Below are positions 50,825 through 59,925 of a DNA stretch of 64,000 bases, piece by piece. The notes below the pieces were generated by a model, which was given only the letters and a program-made list of their open reading frames with translations, was not told the DNA's origin and ran no database searches. The translations under genes and the position numbers were made by a program. Location: the NCBI GenBank assembly GCA_050950145.1, contig JBMNHB010000001.1:556820-620819 (forward strand). The letters are read 5' to 3'. This DNA comes from Candidatus Dojkabacteria bacterium. GTDB lineage: Bacteria; Patescibacteriota; Dojkabacteria; SC72. Each line of letters starts with the position of its first letter. Position 1 is the first letter of the stretch.

Positions 50825-51271
50825 CTATGTGTCAAGGAGAGATTCAATAATATCTTTGACCATACCACCTTCTGCTTGCTCAGCTATTTCTTTCATTACT
50901 ACTCCCATTACCTTACCAAAATCTTTCATACCCTCAGCTTCAAGTTCTATTATCTTTGCCTTTACAACCTTCTTTATCTCTTCTTCACTCATCTGTTTAG
51001 GTAAGTACTCTTGAAGAGCTTCTAATTGCTTTGTTTCCCTATCTACAAGGTCCTGTCTTTTTGCTGCAGTAAACTGGACTATTGAATCTTGTATCTTCTT
51101 TACTTCTTTTCTAAGAACTTTTACTATCTCTTTATCATCTAAAGCTTCACCCTTCTCTATCTCAGCATTCTTGATAGCTGCTATAGCCATCTTAAGGATG
51201 TCTTCTTTTGTGGTATTACCCTCTTTTGTAGCAGAAAACATATCTTTTCTTAAAGTTTCTAACAAAGACAT
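50825..51271 (-). CDS. yqeY: GatB/YqeY domain protein
   Basis: YLPKQMSEEE, GKVMG; follows rpsU. Confidence 0.9.
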   Translation of the reverse strand: MSLLETLRKDMFSATKEGNTTKEDILKMAIAAIKNAEIEKGEALDDKEIVKVLRKEVKKIQDSIVQFTAAKRQDLVDRETKQLEALQEYLPKQMSEEEIKKVVKAKIIELEAEGMKDFGKVMGVVMKEIAEQAEGGMVKDIIESLLDT

Positions 51272-51291
51272 TGTGATGTATATAGCTAAAA

Positions 51292-51492
51292 TTATCTAGC
51301 TCTTCTTGCAGCAGCTCTTCTTCTTCTCTTTCTTTTTGCCCATTCTTTTCTTTTAGCAATTTCAAGATCTGCTTTTTTAATTCTGTATGTTTTGTTCTTG
51401 TATGTTTCAAGAATTTTTTCTCTTAGTACTTCTCTATGAAGTCTTTTGAGTGCACTATCTATATTTTCATTAGAATGTACGATAACTGACAT
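51292..51492 (-). CDS. rpsU: 30S ribosomal protein S21
   Basis: ENIDSALKR, basic C-terminus, rpsU-yqeY synteny. Confidence 0.88.
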   Translation of the reverse strand: MSVIVHSNENIDSALKRLHREVLREKILETYKNKTYRIKKADLEIAKRKEWAKRKRRRRAAARRAR

Positions 51493-51547
51493 ATTTACCT
51501 CCTTTAATTAATACAAAGGGATTATACCATAATATATTTAATTTGTA

Positions 51548-53476
51548 CTATCTTTTACTAATTCTTTTTTCAAATCTTGATCTGTTATTCTCTAACATCT
51601 TACCTCTTACTGATATTAGAGATTCTGTTATCCAAGACCATCCTAAGCCTAAGAAGAGTAAGATAGCTCCCATAATTACAATATTTCTTGAGTCATCAAA
51701 GATACCTGTTTCTGGAACTTTCTCAGATGGAGGCTCCCCTGGACAAGTACAATAGTCATTGCAAGTACTCTCTTGACCATATGCATTAGTACATACACTA
51801 CCTGGAGGATCACACTGTTCTCCAGGATCCAGATTACCATCACCACATAATGGATTAACAACATTACACCTTGCCTCTATACTAGCATTAGCTGTCAAAT
51901 CAGATCCTGTACTTGGCTTAGCTGTTACTACATTGTCATACAAACCAAATGCATCCTTCTTTACTGTAAATGAATATGATAACTCCTTAGAACCACCTGC
52001 TGCTATTTGGAATGAACCCCATGTAATTGTTCTATCTGTATGAGAATATACACCACCATCGGATATATCAGTTACAGAACCATCTACCACCTTAGAATCT
52101 AACTTATCAACTACACTAGTTATTGTTCCAGAGGCATCACCCTTGTTTGTAATGAGAATAGTATAAGTTAATTTAGCAATAGGGTTTTCTGTACCATCAT
52201 CTATACATTCTTCAACTACTTTTTTAGCTATGTCCCAAGCAGGATTCTTTTGGGCAACTATTGTAAATGGAAAATCTTTTTTACAAACATCTCCTCCTGC
52301 TCCATAGATGTCTTCCCAACTTATTCTAAGTATATATGCTCCTGGAGTAAGACAGAATGAGGATGTGTTTAAGGTTCCTTCAACAGTTATATTTTTTGCA
52401 TCGTTTGGTGGAGTTTTAGTAAAATCCGTTATTAGGCTTACAAGGTTTGTTTCTGTTACTTCTGCATTTCTTAAGCTTATTTTAATTCTATCTGCTTTTA
52501 CTCCATCTGTATCTCCTGTTTTATATCTGTATGTAAAAGAGTCTCTACAAGTTTCATATGAGCTAGCATTGGGTGTTACAGTTATTGCAGAGTCTGCATC
52601 TTTAGCATCACAAATATTCTCTTTTGGGCTATATTTAACTTCCTTACTACAAACACTTCCACTATTCCCTCCTATATCAACCCAAGAGATTTTTAAGATA
52701 TGTTCATCTGTATTACAGTTTTTATCTCCAGGGATTGTACCAGTTATTTTCTTTGTTTTTCCTACAACTACTTCATTGAAATTTATATTAACACCATCCA
52801 ATGTTACTGTTACTTTACCTACACCATCAGTATCACCTGCAGTATATGAAAAATCAACTTTTGCACAATAATTGGGAATAGTAGGAGAGAGAACTATATT
52901 ATCTTCAGCACCTACAGCATCACAGACATTATCTGCAGCTTTTTTAACACAATATATACGAAATAAATACGGATTTTCACATCCTTTACATACTGCTCCA
53001 CACTGCTGCATACATATTTTACTTGTCTTATCATTCTCACAAGAATTTGGTCTTTCCAAACCATTGTTTTTTAAAAATTCTGCTACCCTTTTAGCTTCTC
53101 CATTTACCATAGCCTCACAACTTGAATCAAATTGGAATTGCTCATATCCACTAGGACAAGGATTTGGAGTACATCCAGGGACAGCATCTTCACAGAGTGG
53201 AGGAAGAACGGTAGCAGTAGTACTATTACAAGGCCTACATGTACATTTATTATGCAAACACCAAGCCACTTGGGGCCAAATACAACTATACGAACATCCA
53301 CTTCCTTTCTCACACCACTCCGCTTCCGCCTCACTATCCGTAGGTGCTACTGTCTTCTGTTGATTAACTCTCCAAAGTAGATATCCACCTGTACCACCTA
53401 CTAATAGAAATAATATAAATAACAATATAATTGTAGTTTTCCTACTAGTATTAAACCTAATATTACTCATTATCAT
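51548..53476 (-). CDS. Cys-rich surface protein, paralog of 45499-47337
   Basis: GGYLLWRVNQ..APTDSEA, DUF11-like domain, CGDG repeat, VPETGIFD + TM. Confidence 0.75.
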   Translation of the reverse strand: MIMSNIRFNTSRKTTIILLFILFLLVGGTGGYLLWRVNQQKTVAPTDSEAEAEWCEKGSGCSYSCIWPQVAWCLHNKCTCRPCNSTTATVLPPLCEDAVPGCTPNPCPSGYEQFQFDSSCEAMVNGEAKRVAEFLKNNGLERPNSCENDKTSKICMQQCGAVCKGCENPYLFRIYCVKKAADNVCDAVGAEDNIVLSPTIPNYCAKVDFSYTAGDTDGVGKVTVTLDGVNINFNEVVVGKTKKITGTIPGDKNCNTDEHILKISWVDIGGNSGSVCSKEVKYSPKENICDAKDADSAITVTPNASSYETCRDSFTYRYKTGDTDGVKADRIKISLRNAEVTETNLVSLITDFTKTPPNDAKNITVEGTLNTSSFCLTPGAYILRISWEDIYGAGGDVCKKDFPFTIVAQKNPAWDIAKKVVEECIDDGTENPIAKLTYTILITNKGDASGTITSVVDKLDSKVVDGSVTDISDGGVYSHTDRTITWGSFQIAAGGSKELSYSFTVKKDAFGLYDNVVTAKPSTGSDLTANASIEARCNVVNPLCGDGNLDPGEQCDPPGSVCTNAYGQESTCNDYCTCPGEPPSEKVPETGIFDDSRNIVIMGAILLFLGLGWSWITESLISVRGKMLENNRSRFEKRISKR

Positions 53477-53486
53477 ATTATATAAA

Positions 53487-54653
53487 CTATTTAATTCTTC
53501 TTTCTAACCTACTCCTTCTATTATCTCTAATATTCTTTTCTTTCTTTTCTTTAAAATTATCAGAAGTATTAGAAACAAATACATATGCCTTCTTAGGAAG
53601 TGTAGATATCCATGTCCATGCCAAACCTATTACAAGTATAACAGCACCAAAAATCATAGTATGTTTAGAATTATCAAAAATACCTGTATCAGGAACAGTC
53701 GTTGCTGCACCACCACAATCCACAGGACAATTCGCTTTATTCTCACCTTCAGAACATATACCATCTCCACAAGTTACTGGACAATCTCGTGGACAAGTAA
53801 TTGCATTCTCAGGAGGTATACATTTCCCATCTCCACAACCTTCACAATCTGTAGGACAATTATTAACATCCTCCCAAGGATCACATATATTATCACCACA
53901 AGACATTTTAAATTCTGCTTTTACAGTAATATTTGCTTGTACATTTGTATCTGTTCTAGTAGCTGTAGTTACTTTATTATCACTCCATTTATCAAATTTA
54001 TAATTTGTATCTGCTTTTGCTTCAACAGATGTACCATCTTTACCTTTTTCTACTGTTTGAGTTGCACTTCCTACTATACTACCACCAGTACCAGCAGTAT
54101 ATTTAAGTGTAAATTTCTCAACAGGAGCAGTTTCAAAAGTTGCAGTATATGTAGCATCTGCCTGTACATTACTATCTGTTCTAGTTGCTGTAGTTTTACC
54201 ATCACTCCATTGTTTAAATATATAACCTGTGTTAGGTTTGGCTTCAGAACCTATACTTCCTCCTGGATTTACTTCATTCTGCCCTGCATTCGTTACAGTA
54301 CCACCATCACCAGCATTATATGTTATATGATATTTTGATACACCACATGGGTATGTTTCTGTATCCGACCATGCACAACACGTTGTATCCGTACAACCAA
54401 CATTCTCTCTACCCTCTGAATCTCCCATTGGATTACACTGACCATTTGTATCTTTTGGTATATAACAATTAGCACCTGCTTTACACCTACGACACATCTT
54501 AGGTACATAGGCATCACTATCAGTAGGAGCTACAGTCTTAGGTTGATTAACTCTCCATAGTAGGTATCCTCCACCTCCACCTAATAATATTGCACCAATG
54601 ATAAGGACAATAACCATACCCTTACTCCCTACTTTAACATTCATATTACTCAT
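53487..54653 (-). CDS. Surface protein with two InlB B-repeat-like domains and Cys-rich repeats
   Basis: GGYLLWRVNQ, 2x (Y.F..WSD...ATRTD.NVQA), 3x CGD..C...E....CP.DC, VPDTGIFD + TM. Confidence 0.75.
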   Translation of the reverse strand: MSNMNVKVGSKGMVIVLIIGAILLGGGGGYLLWRVNQPKTVAPTDSDAYVPKMCRRCKAGANCYIPKDTNGQCNPMGDSEGRENVGCTDTTCCAWSDTETYPCGVSKYHITYNAGDGGTVTNAGQNEVNPGGSIGSEAKPNTGYIFKQWSDGKTTATRTDSNVQADATYTATFETAPVEKFTLKYTAGTGGSIVGSATQTVEKGKDGTSVEAKADTNYKFDKWSDNKVTTATRTDTNVQANITVKAEFKMSCGDNICDPWEDVNNCPTDCEGCGDGKCIPPENAITCPRDCPVTCGDGICSEGENKANCPVDCGGAATTVPDTGIFDNSKHTMIFGAVILVIGLAWTWISTLPKKAYVFVSNTSDNFKEKKEKNIRDNRRSRLERRIK

Positions 54654-54668
54654 ATATTTAATATATAC

Positions 54669-55808
54669 TTAATTAAATAATTCTTTAATACTATCTATAT
54701 TAACAATATCTTTAATTATTATAAATAGTATCAAAATTATTAAAAAGATAAAACTAATATTAATTATCTTAGACTCTATCTTCTCATCTAACTCTTTCCC
54801 TACTATCCACTCTATCAAAAGTATAAAGACTCTACCACCATCAAGAGCCGGAATTGGGAGAAGATTTACTATAGCTAGGGAGACAGACAGATCAGCAACC
54901 ATACCTATGAAGGTAACTATCCCAAATTTCTTAAAGTAATCAATTACAAAATATATACCAACAGGACCAGAAACAGAATTAGAAAGCTCGGTATAATCTC
55001 CTGTTACTTTAGCTTGTGAGATAAGTCCCTTAAGTTTACTTCCCATCAATATCAAACTATTACGTATATGAGAAAAACCTGCAAAAAGCTTACTCTCTTT
55101 ATACGAAAGAATCACTATGTAATTGGATAGCATAAAAATACCAACCTTACCTTCATCTGAGACTTTAACATTGTAATCAGTACATATATCTTCCACACAA
55201 GCATTAATAGATACATATTCCCCCTTCTTTGACCGAATAATCTTCCCAACATCATCTGTATATTCAATTTTAATACCATTTACAGACTTAACTATTCCTT
55301 TCTCAGGTAAACCAGCTTCTTTAGCACTTCCTCCATCTATCAACTCATACTCAACATCTCCATCCCTCTCCCGATATATTGTCGCTCCAACAGGTTTAAA
55401 ATCTTTAAATTCTTGATTAAGTACTAACTCCCAACCATTTGAAGCTAAAACTATGTAATATATACTAATTGAAAGAAGAATATTCATAGTAACACCAGCA
55501 AGCATAACAATAATTCTCTGCCATTTAGGTTTCTTACTTAGATCTTTCTTCTTCTCTTCTTTTGAAATTTTTAGCTCTTCTGGATCTCCATCTCCAAGAA
55601 TTTTCACATACCCACCAAAAGGTAAAGCTCTAATGCTATACATTGTTTCTCCAATTTTCTTTGAAAAAAGCTTTGGACCAAACCCTATTGCAAATTCAAA
55701 TACCATTGCACCAATTGCTTTTGCTGCAATGAAATGCCCCAACTCATGAACAAAAGTCAAGATACTAATTATGAGAAGAAACAATAATATATTTACAACA
55801 ACAGACAT
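54669..55808 (-). CDS. rseP: M50 site-2 protease RseP with PDZ domain
   Basis: HELGH, NLLPIPALDGG. Confidence 0.93.
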   Translation of the reverse strand: MSVVVNILLFLLIISILTFVHELGHFIAAKAIGAMVFEFAIGFGPKLFSKKIGETMYSIRALPFGGYVKILGDGDPEELKISKEEKKKDLSKKPKWQRIIVMLAGVTMNILLSISIYYIVLASNGWELVLNQEFKDFKPVGATIYRERDGDVEYELIDGGSAKEAGLPEKGIVKSVNGIKIEYTDDVGKIIRSKKGEYVSINACVEDICTDYNVKVSDEGKVGIFMLSNYIVILSYKESKLFAGFSHIRNSLILMGSKLKGLISQAKVTGDYTELSNSVSGPVGIYFVIDYFKKFGIVTFIGMVADLSVSLAIVNLLPIPALDGGRVFILLIEWIVGKELDEKIESKIINISFIFLIILILFIIIKDIVNIDSIKELFN

Positions 55809-55825
55809 TTCAATTGTATACTAGA

Positions 55826-56371
55826 TTAAATAGTTAAAAGATCTTTCTCTTTTTCGTCTTTAATTACTTCTATCTCTGCATTCGCATCCTTAACAATCTT
55901 CTCACCTTCTTCTCTTAACCTATCTGCCTCATCTTCAGACATACCACTTTTCTGTTGCTCATCTATTGTTTGCATAAACTTCTGTCTAACTTGTCTTACA
56001 GACACCCTTCCATCCTCTATTCTTTCTTTCATGATTTTTACATACTCCTGCCTTCTTTCTTCTGTAAGATCAGGAATTTTAACAAGAACCCTATCTCCTT
56101 CCATAATTGAAGAAAAACCAAGGTTTGCAGAACTTATCCCCTTATTGATATTTTCTAGAATTGTTTTATCCCATGGTTGAATAGCTATTGTTTTAGCGTC
56201 CATTACAGATATTGATGCAAGGTTCTTAACAGGAGATTGTGTCTCATATGCATTTACCAAAACATCTTCTACAAGCTCTGTTGTAGCTCTACCTGTTCTA
56301 ATTTGAGAAAGGTCCTCTTTAACATGTTCTACACACTTTGTGATATCTTCTTTGAATTGATTTATATCCAT
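55826..56371 (-). CDS. frr: Ribosome recycling factor
   Basis: IRTGRA, P.LTEERR. Confidence 0.96.
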   Translation of the reverse strand: MDINQFKEDITKCVEHVKEDLSQIRTGRATTELVEDVLVNAYETQSPVKNLASISVMDAKTIAIQPWDKTILENINKGISSANLGFSSIMEGDRVLVKIPDLTEERRQEYVKIMKERIEDGRVSVRQVRQKFMQTIDEQQKSGMSEDEADRLREEGEKIVKDANAEIEVIKDEKEKDLLTI

Positions 56372-56464
56372 ACATATTTCCCAACAATATTATATGGATT
56401 AATTGTATACCAATGTAAGTATGTTGTCTACTAATTTAGAAGAAGGAAAGAAGAAAAATGAATA

Positions 56465-56507
56465 CTCTAGTAGAGGAATGTTAAAAAACATTATTCCCCT
56501 ACTAGAG
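56465..56507 (-). terminator. Hairpin downstream of the 56520-56996 gene
   Basis: CTCTAGTAG..CTACTAGAG long stem. Confidence 0.55.
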
Positions 56508-56519
56508 GTAAAAAATTGT

Positions 56520-56996
56520 CTATACACGAGTTTTAAGAAAACTTTCTAAATACCTGAAAGCTTCTTCTTGATTGTTGTATCCTTCCTGATATGGGAACTC
56601 AACAGTAAAACAACCCCGTAGAAGTCCATGCTTGTGATGTCCTTCCTTATCCATCGCTACAATGATATGTTTATCTGGAAATGCCCAAGCAATCTCACAC
56701 ATCGTACCAATAGAGGGTCTGGTCGCATCAGAAAGATCTGCCATAATGACATCACAGCTTCTAACAAGCAGATAATCTCTTTGTGCAATAGAATAATTGG
56801 TTGCCCCAATATTCATAGACTCTGCTCTTTCTTTTAGATTCGGTCTTACGAAATCTTTTTCTATCATAGGACGAACAATTTGACATTTCCCTTCAAATCT
56901 CTCCTTAATCTTAGAATAGTATTCTAAGATACTTTCGAAGTTACCACCACTTATTGGGTGAGCAAAGTACACCCTGTACAAGTCTTTAGAAGACAT
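56520..56996 (-). CDS. Nucleoside 2-deoxyribosyltransferase-like protein
   Basis: VYFAHP, RD..V..CD..AD, SIGT.CEI.WA; AAGGAGG RBS. Confidence 0.75.
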   Translation of the reverse strand: MSSKDLYRVYFAHPISGGNFESILEYYSKIKERFEGKCQIVRPMIEKDFVRPNLKERAESMNIGATNYSIAQRDYLLVRSCDVIMADLSDATRPSIGTMCEIAWAFPDKHIIVAMDKEGHHKHGLLRGCFTVEFPYQEGYNNQEEAFRYLESFLKTRV

Positions 56997-57045
56997 ATTA
57001 CCTCCTTATATGTGTATAGACAAATTCTTAAAGAACAAACAATCC

Positions 57046-57588
57046 TTATATCTTTTTCCCTATCATTGCCACTCTATACAAATTTTCTGCCACACTTACT
57101 ATCTCACCACTCTCATCTGAAGCTGACCACTCCATTTCTATTTCATATCCTTCTAGTGTTTCAACAATATTAACACCTTGACCTTCAGGGTTTTGTATAA
57201 AGGTATGTTCAGGATAATCATCTTTAATATTCTCCCACTCACGATTAAGACAAGCCTTCAGATGATTCTGCCAATGTCTGGGATTTATCAATGCCCTATC
57301 TGTCCAATCAGGATGAACCTCCTTTCTTTGTGCAAAATATTCACCAAAAGGAAACTTCAACAAAAGAATATGAATACTATTCATATCGTACTCTTCAGAA
57401 ATATGCTTTAGATTTGGAGGACAACCTTCCTTTTTTCCAAAGTTTGGACATCCTCGCTTATAATTATAGCATGGTTGTACACAAAGGCTATTAGCCGTAC
57501 TTATATCATGCGTAACTATCTGGGCGTTTTCAATAACTATGAAAGTTTTCTCAATGTTTTCTAATTCTACTTTTTCCCTAGTTCCCAC
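57046..57588 (-). CDS. DUF2284-like metal-binding protein (start uncertain)
   Basis: C..C....GCPNFG....CPP and PEGQGVNI..T motifs. Confidence 0.6.
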   Translation of the reverse strand: MGTREKVELENIEKTFIVIENAQIVTHDISTANSLCVQPCYNYKRGCPNFGKKEGCPPNLKHISEEYDMNSIHILLLKFPFGEYFAQRKEVHPDWTDRALINPRHWQNHLKACLNREWENIKDDYPEHTFIQNPEGQGVNIVETLEGYEIEMEWSASDESGEIVSVAENLYRVAMIGKKI

Positions 57589-58286
57589 ACTAAGATTCTA
57601 GTTATTTTAAGGGGCTCTCCAATCTTCTGTATTGTCTCATCTAACAACCCAGATATTGTTTTAGATTCATCCTTAAACCACTTCTGTTCTAAAAGACATT
57701 TTTCTGCAAGATACTTATTCAACTTACCTTCTACAATCTTCTCTAACATCTCTTTAGGTTTCTTCTCTTCTGCAAGTTCCTTTGTAAAAGTCTCTTTTAG
57801 ATCCTTTATCTTCTCCTCACCAATATCATCTCTTGAGATGAATTCTGGTTTCATAGCTGCAACTTGGAGAGCTACTTCATGAACGAATGCTCTAAAGTCT
57901 TCATTCTTTGCTACAAAGTCTGTCTTACAAGTAACTTCAGCTAATGCTACTAACTTTCTATCTGTACCGTGTACATATGCATCAATTACTCCCTCAGCTT
58001 TTCCATCTGTATCTCCTGCTACTGGATCATCCCAACCTCTCTCTTTGATAAGTTCAACTGCCTTCTCAAAATCCTTCTCTGCATCCTCATATGCTAATTT
58101 ACAAAGACCTATCTTTGCTCCTGTTAAGCTATGAAGTCTTCCTATAACATCACTTCTTTCATTAATATACTCAACAGCTTTCTTCATATCTCCCTTTGAC
58201 TTAACCAAAGCTTCCTTACAAAGAGCCATACCAGCTGAAGTCTTCGCTCTTAATACTTTAATATCATCAACAGTTACTTTTGCCAT
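57567..58286 (-). CDS. tsf: Elongation factor Ts (short form, duplicated N-terminal domain)
   Basis: LRAKT.AGM..CKEAL, EVTCKTDFVA, EGKL.K. Confidence 0.93.
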   Translation of the reverse strand: MAKVTVDDIKVLRAKTSAGMALCKEALVKSKGDMKKAVEYINERSDVIGRLHSLTGAKIGLCKLAYEDAEKDFEKAVELIKERGWDDPVAGDTDGKAEGVIDAYVHGTDRKLVALAEVTCKTDFVAKNEDFRAFVHEVALQVAAMKPEFISRDDIGEEKIKDLKETFTKELAEEKKPKEMLEKIVEGKLNKYLAEKCLLEQKWFKDESKTISGLLDETIQKIGEPLKITRILVWELGKK

Positions 58287-58304
58287 ATCTATTTCGTATT
58301 AAAA

Positions 58305-59441
58305 TTATTTAATTGCTTTCTGGATATCTTTTACTGCTTTCTCACCTATTCCCTTAATCTCTAAAAGTTCATCCTTTGACATCTTCTTTAATGCACTTAC
58401 AGATTTAATACCTGCTTCCCCTAAAGCTTTCACTATTCTTGCTGAAAGACCTAAATCGTCCATACCTTTTTTATCTTCCTTCTCTTTTACCTCTTCCGCC
58501 TTCTTTATCTCTGCATCAATATCTTTCTCTTTCTTAACAACTCTAATTACAGATGCTGATGCACCAGCAGATACTTTACCTTCTCTTAATGCTTTCATTC
58601 TCTCCCTATCCTCTTCTTCCATCTTAGCCTGCCTCTCCTTCTCTTCCTGTGCATCTTTTGCCAACTTTGCTAACATAGCTTCATTATCTCTTCTAAGAGA
58701 TATTACAGAGAGTGAGTTCTTTGATTTACCAACTACATCTCCAAACAGATTTACAAACAATGAAATACTCTTTAGAGAGTCATCATTTGCTGGAATTGGA
58801 TAATCAATGATATCAGGATTACTATTTGTATCAATTAGTGAAATGATTGGAATATGCATATTCCTTGCTTCCTTAATTGCATTCTTCTCAACTTCACTAT
58901 CTATTACAATCACTGCCTCTGGAAGTTTATCCATAAACTTAATACCGTTGTACATTCTATTCAATCTCTCAGCATCTCTTTGAAGTAGTAATATCTCTTT
59001 CTTAACTAAGCCTTTTCCTCCTCTAGCGATCTCTTCCTCCATCTTAACCAATGACTGTACACTCTTCTTAATTCCATCAAAGTTGGTAAAAAGACCACCT
59101 GGCCATCTTCTATTTACATAGAACATACCACTCTTCTTTGCTACTTCTTCAACAATTGTAGCTGCTTGTCCTTTAGTTCCAACAATTAAGATATTACCTT
59201 TATTAGCAAAACCTTCAAGCTTAGTTAAAGCTTCCTCAAGCATATCTAATGTTTTAACTAAATCTATAATATGAATACCGTTTCTTACTTCATAGATATA
59301 CTTCTCCATTCTAGGATCCCATGCACTCTTTTTATGACCAAAGTGTGCACCTACCTTAAGTAAATCTAAAAGCTCGGGCATTTGAAAACTTTTGTTTTTA
59401 GTCTCTGTTTTCTCTAAGACCTCTTTTTTGGCGTCTGCCAT
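58305..59441 (-). CDS. rpsB: 30S ribosomal protein S2 with C-terminal coiled coil and HhH domain
   Basis: GAHFGH, RWPGGLFTN, DTN, IPANDD. Confidence 0.95.
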   Translation of the reverse strand: MADAKKEVLEKTETKNKSFQMPELLDLLKVGAHFGHKKSAWDPRMEKYIYEVRNGIHIIDLVKTLDMLEEALTKLEGFANKGNILIVGTKGQAATIVEEVAKKSGMFYVNRRWPGGLFTNFDGIKKSVQSLVKMEEEIARGGKGLVKKEILLLQRDAERLNRMYNGIKFMDKLPEAVIVIDSEVEKNAIKEARNMHIPIISLIDTNSNPDIIDYPIPANDDSLKSISLFVNLFGDVVGKSKNSLSVISLRRDNEAMLAKLAKDAQEEKERQAKMEEEDRERMKALREGKVSAGASASVIRVVKKEKDIDAEIKKAEEVKEKEDKKGMDDLGLSARIVKALGEAGIKSVSALKKMSKDELLEIKGIGEKAVKDIQKAIK

Positions 59442-59576
59442 ATTTGTATTCCTTTCCTTTTAATTAATATTTCTGAAGGATATCTCTATCCAGGATTGGT
59501 CAGAAATATATGAGATATATATTAAACAGCTTGAATTATACTAGGACTATTCTCTTTTTGCAACCAAACAGACCAA

Positions 59577-59654
59577 CAGACCTGGTCTGTAAGATTATCC
59601 GTACCAGTAAAGGACAGAGAGGTCATTTTTAAGGTTTTTTAATCTTTTTATAGG
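59577..59654 (+). repeat. 80-bp element, copy 6
   Basis: Palindrome 59577-59589; TTATAGG at 59648 (offset 71); close to copy 5 in sequence. Confidence 0.85.
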
Positions 59655-59691
59655 ATAGTAAAAAGAGAGGAATTAATGGTATAATATATGT

Positions 59692-59806
59692 AGTAAGTTG
59701 GGTAGACCCTCTGTGCGGTTGAAAAATACCGAAATGCCTTGGAATCTAGTATTCTGAGACACTATTGAAATAATATAGGTAGAACGGAGGTAATCGCCCA
59801 ACTTCT
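59692..59806 (+). ncRNA. Putative structured sRNA unit 1 (own TGGTATAAT promoter)
   Basis: AAGTTGGGT/GCCCAACTT and CCTCTG/CGGAGG stems enclosing three hairpins; ends repeated in unit 2. Confidence 0.6.
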
Positions 59807-59856
59807 TATTCCTACGAAACAGTGAAAAGCAGGTGAATCAATGGTATAATATAAAT

Positions 59857-59925
59857 AGTAAGTTGGGTAGACCCTCCGCCGGCTGTAATAATGCCGTATT
59901 ATGTTGGAGGTAATCGCCTAACTTC
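59857..59925 (+). ncRNA. Putative structured sRNA unit 2, antisense to the 3' end of the nuclease gene
   Basis: Same promoter, same 5' AGTAAGTTGGGTAGACCCTC and 3' GGAGGTAATCGCCyAACTTC as unit 1; one inner hairpin. Confidence 0.6.

Noticed and set aside
53661-54338. 225-aa plus-strand ORF and other antisense ORFs (e.g. 14691-15302, 52308-53363, 30393-30896)
   Set aside because: Shadow frames of well-supported minus-strand genes
59657-59925. CRISPR array interpretation of the tandem units
   Set aside because: Only two units, each with its own promoter and mutually pairing ends; interiors of unequal length; no cas genes in the window
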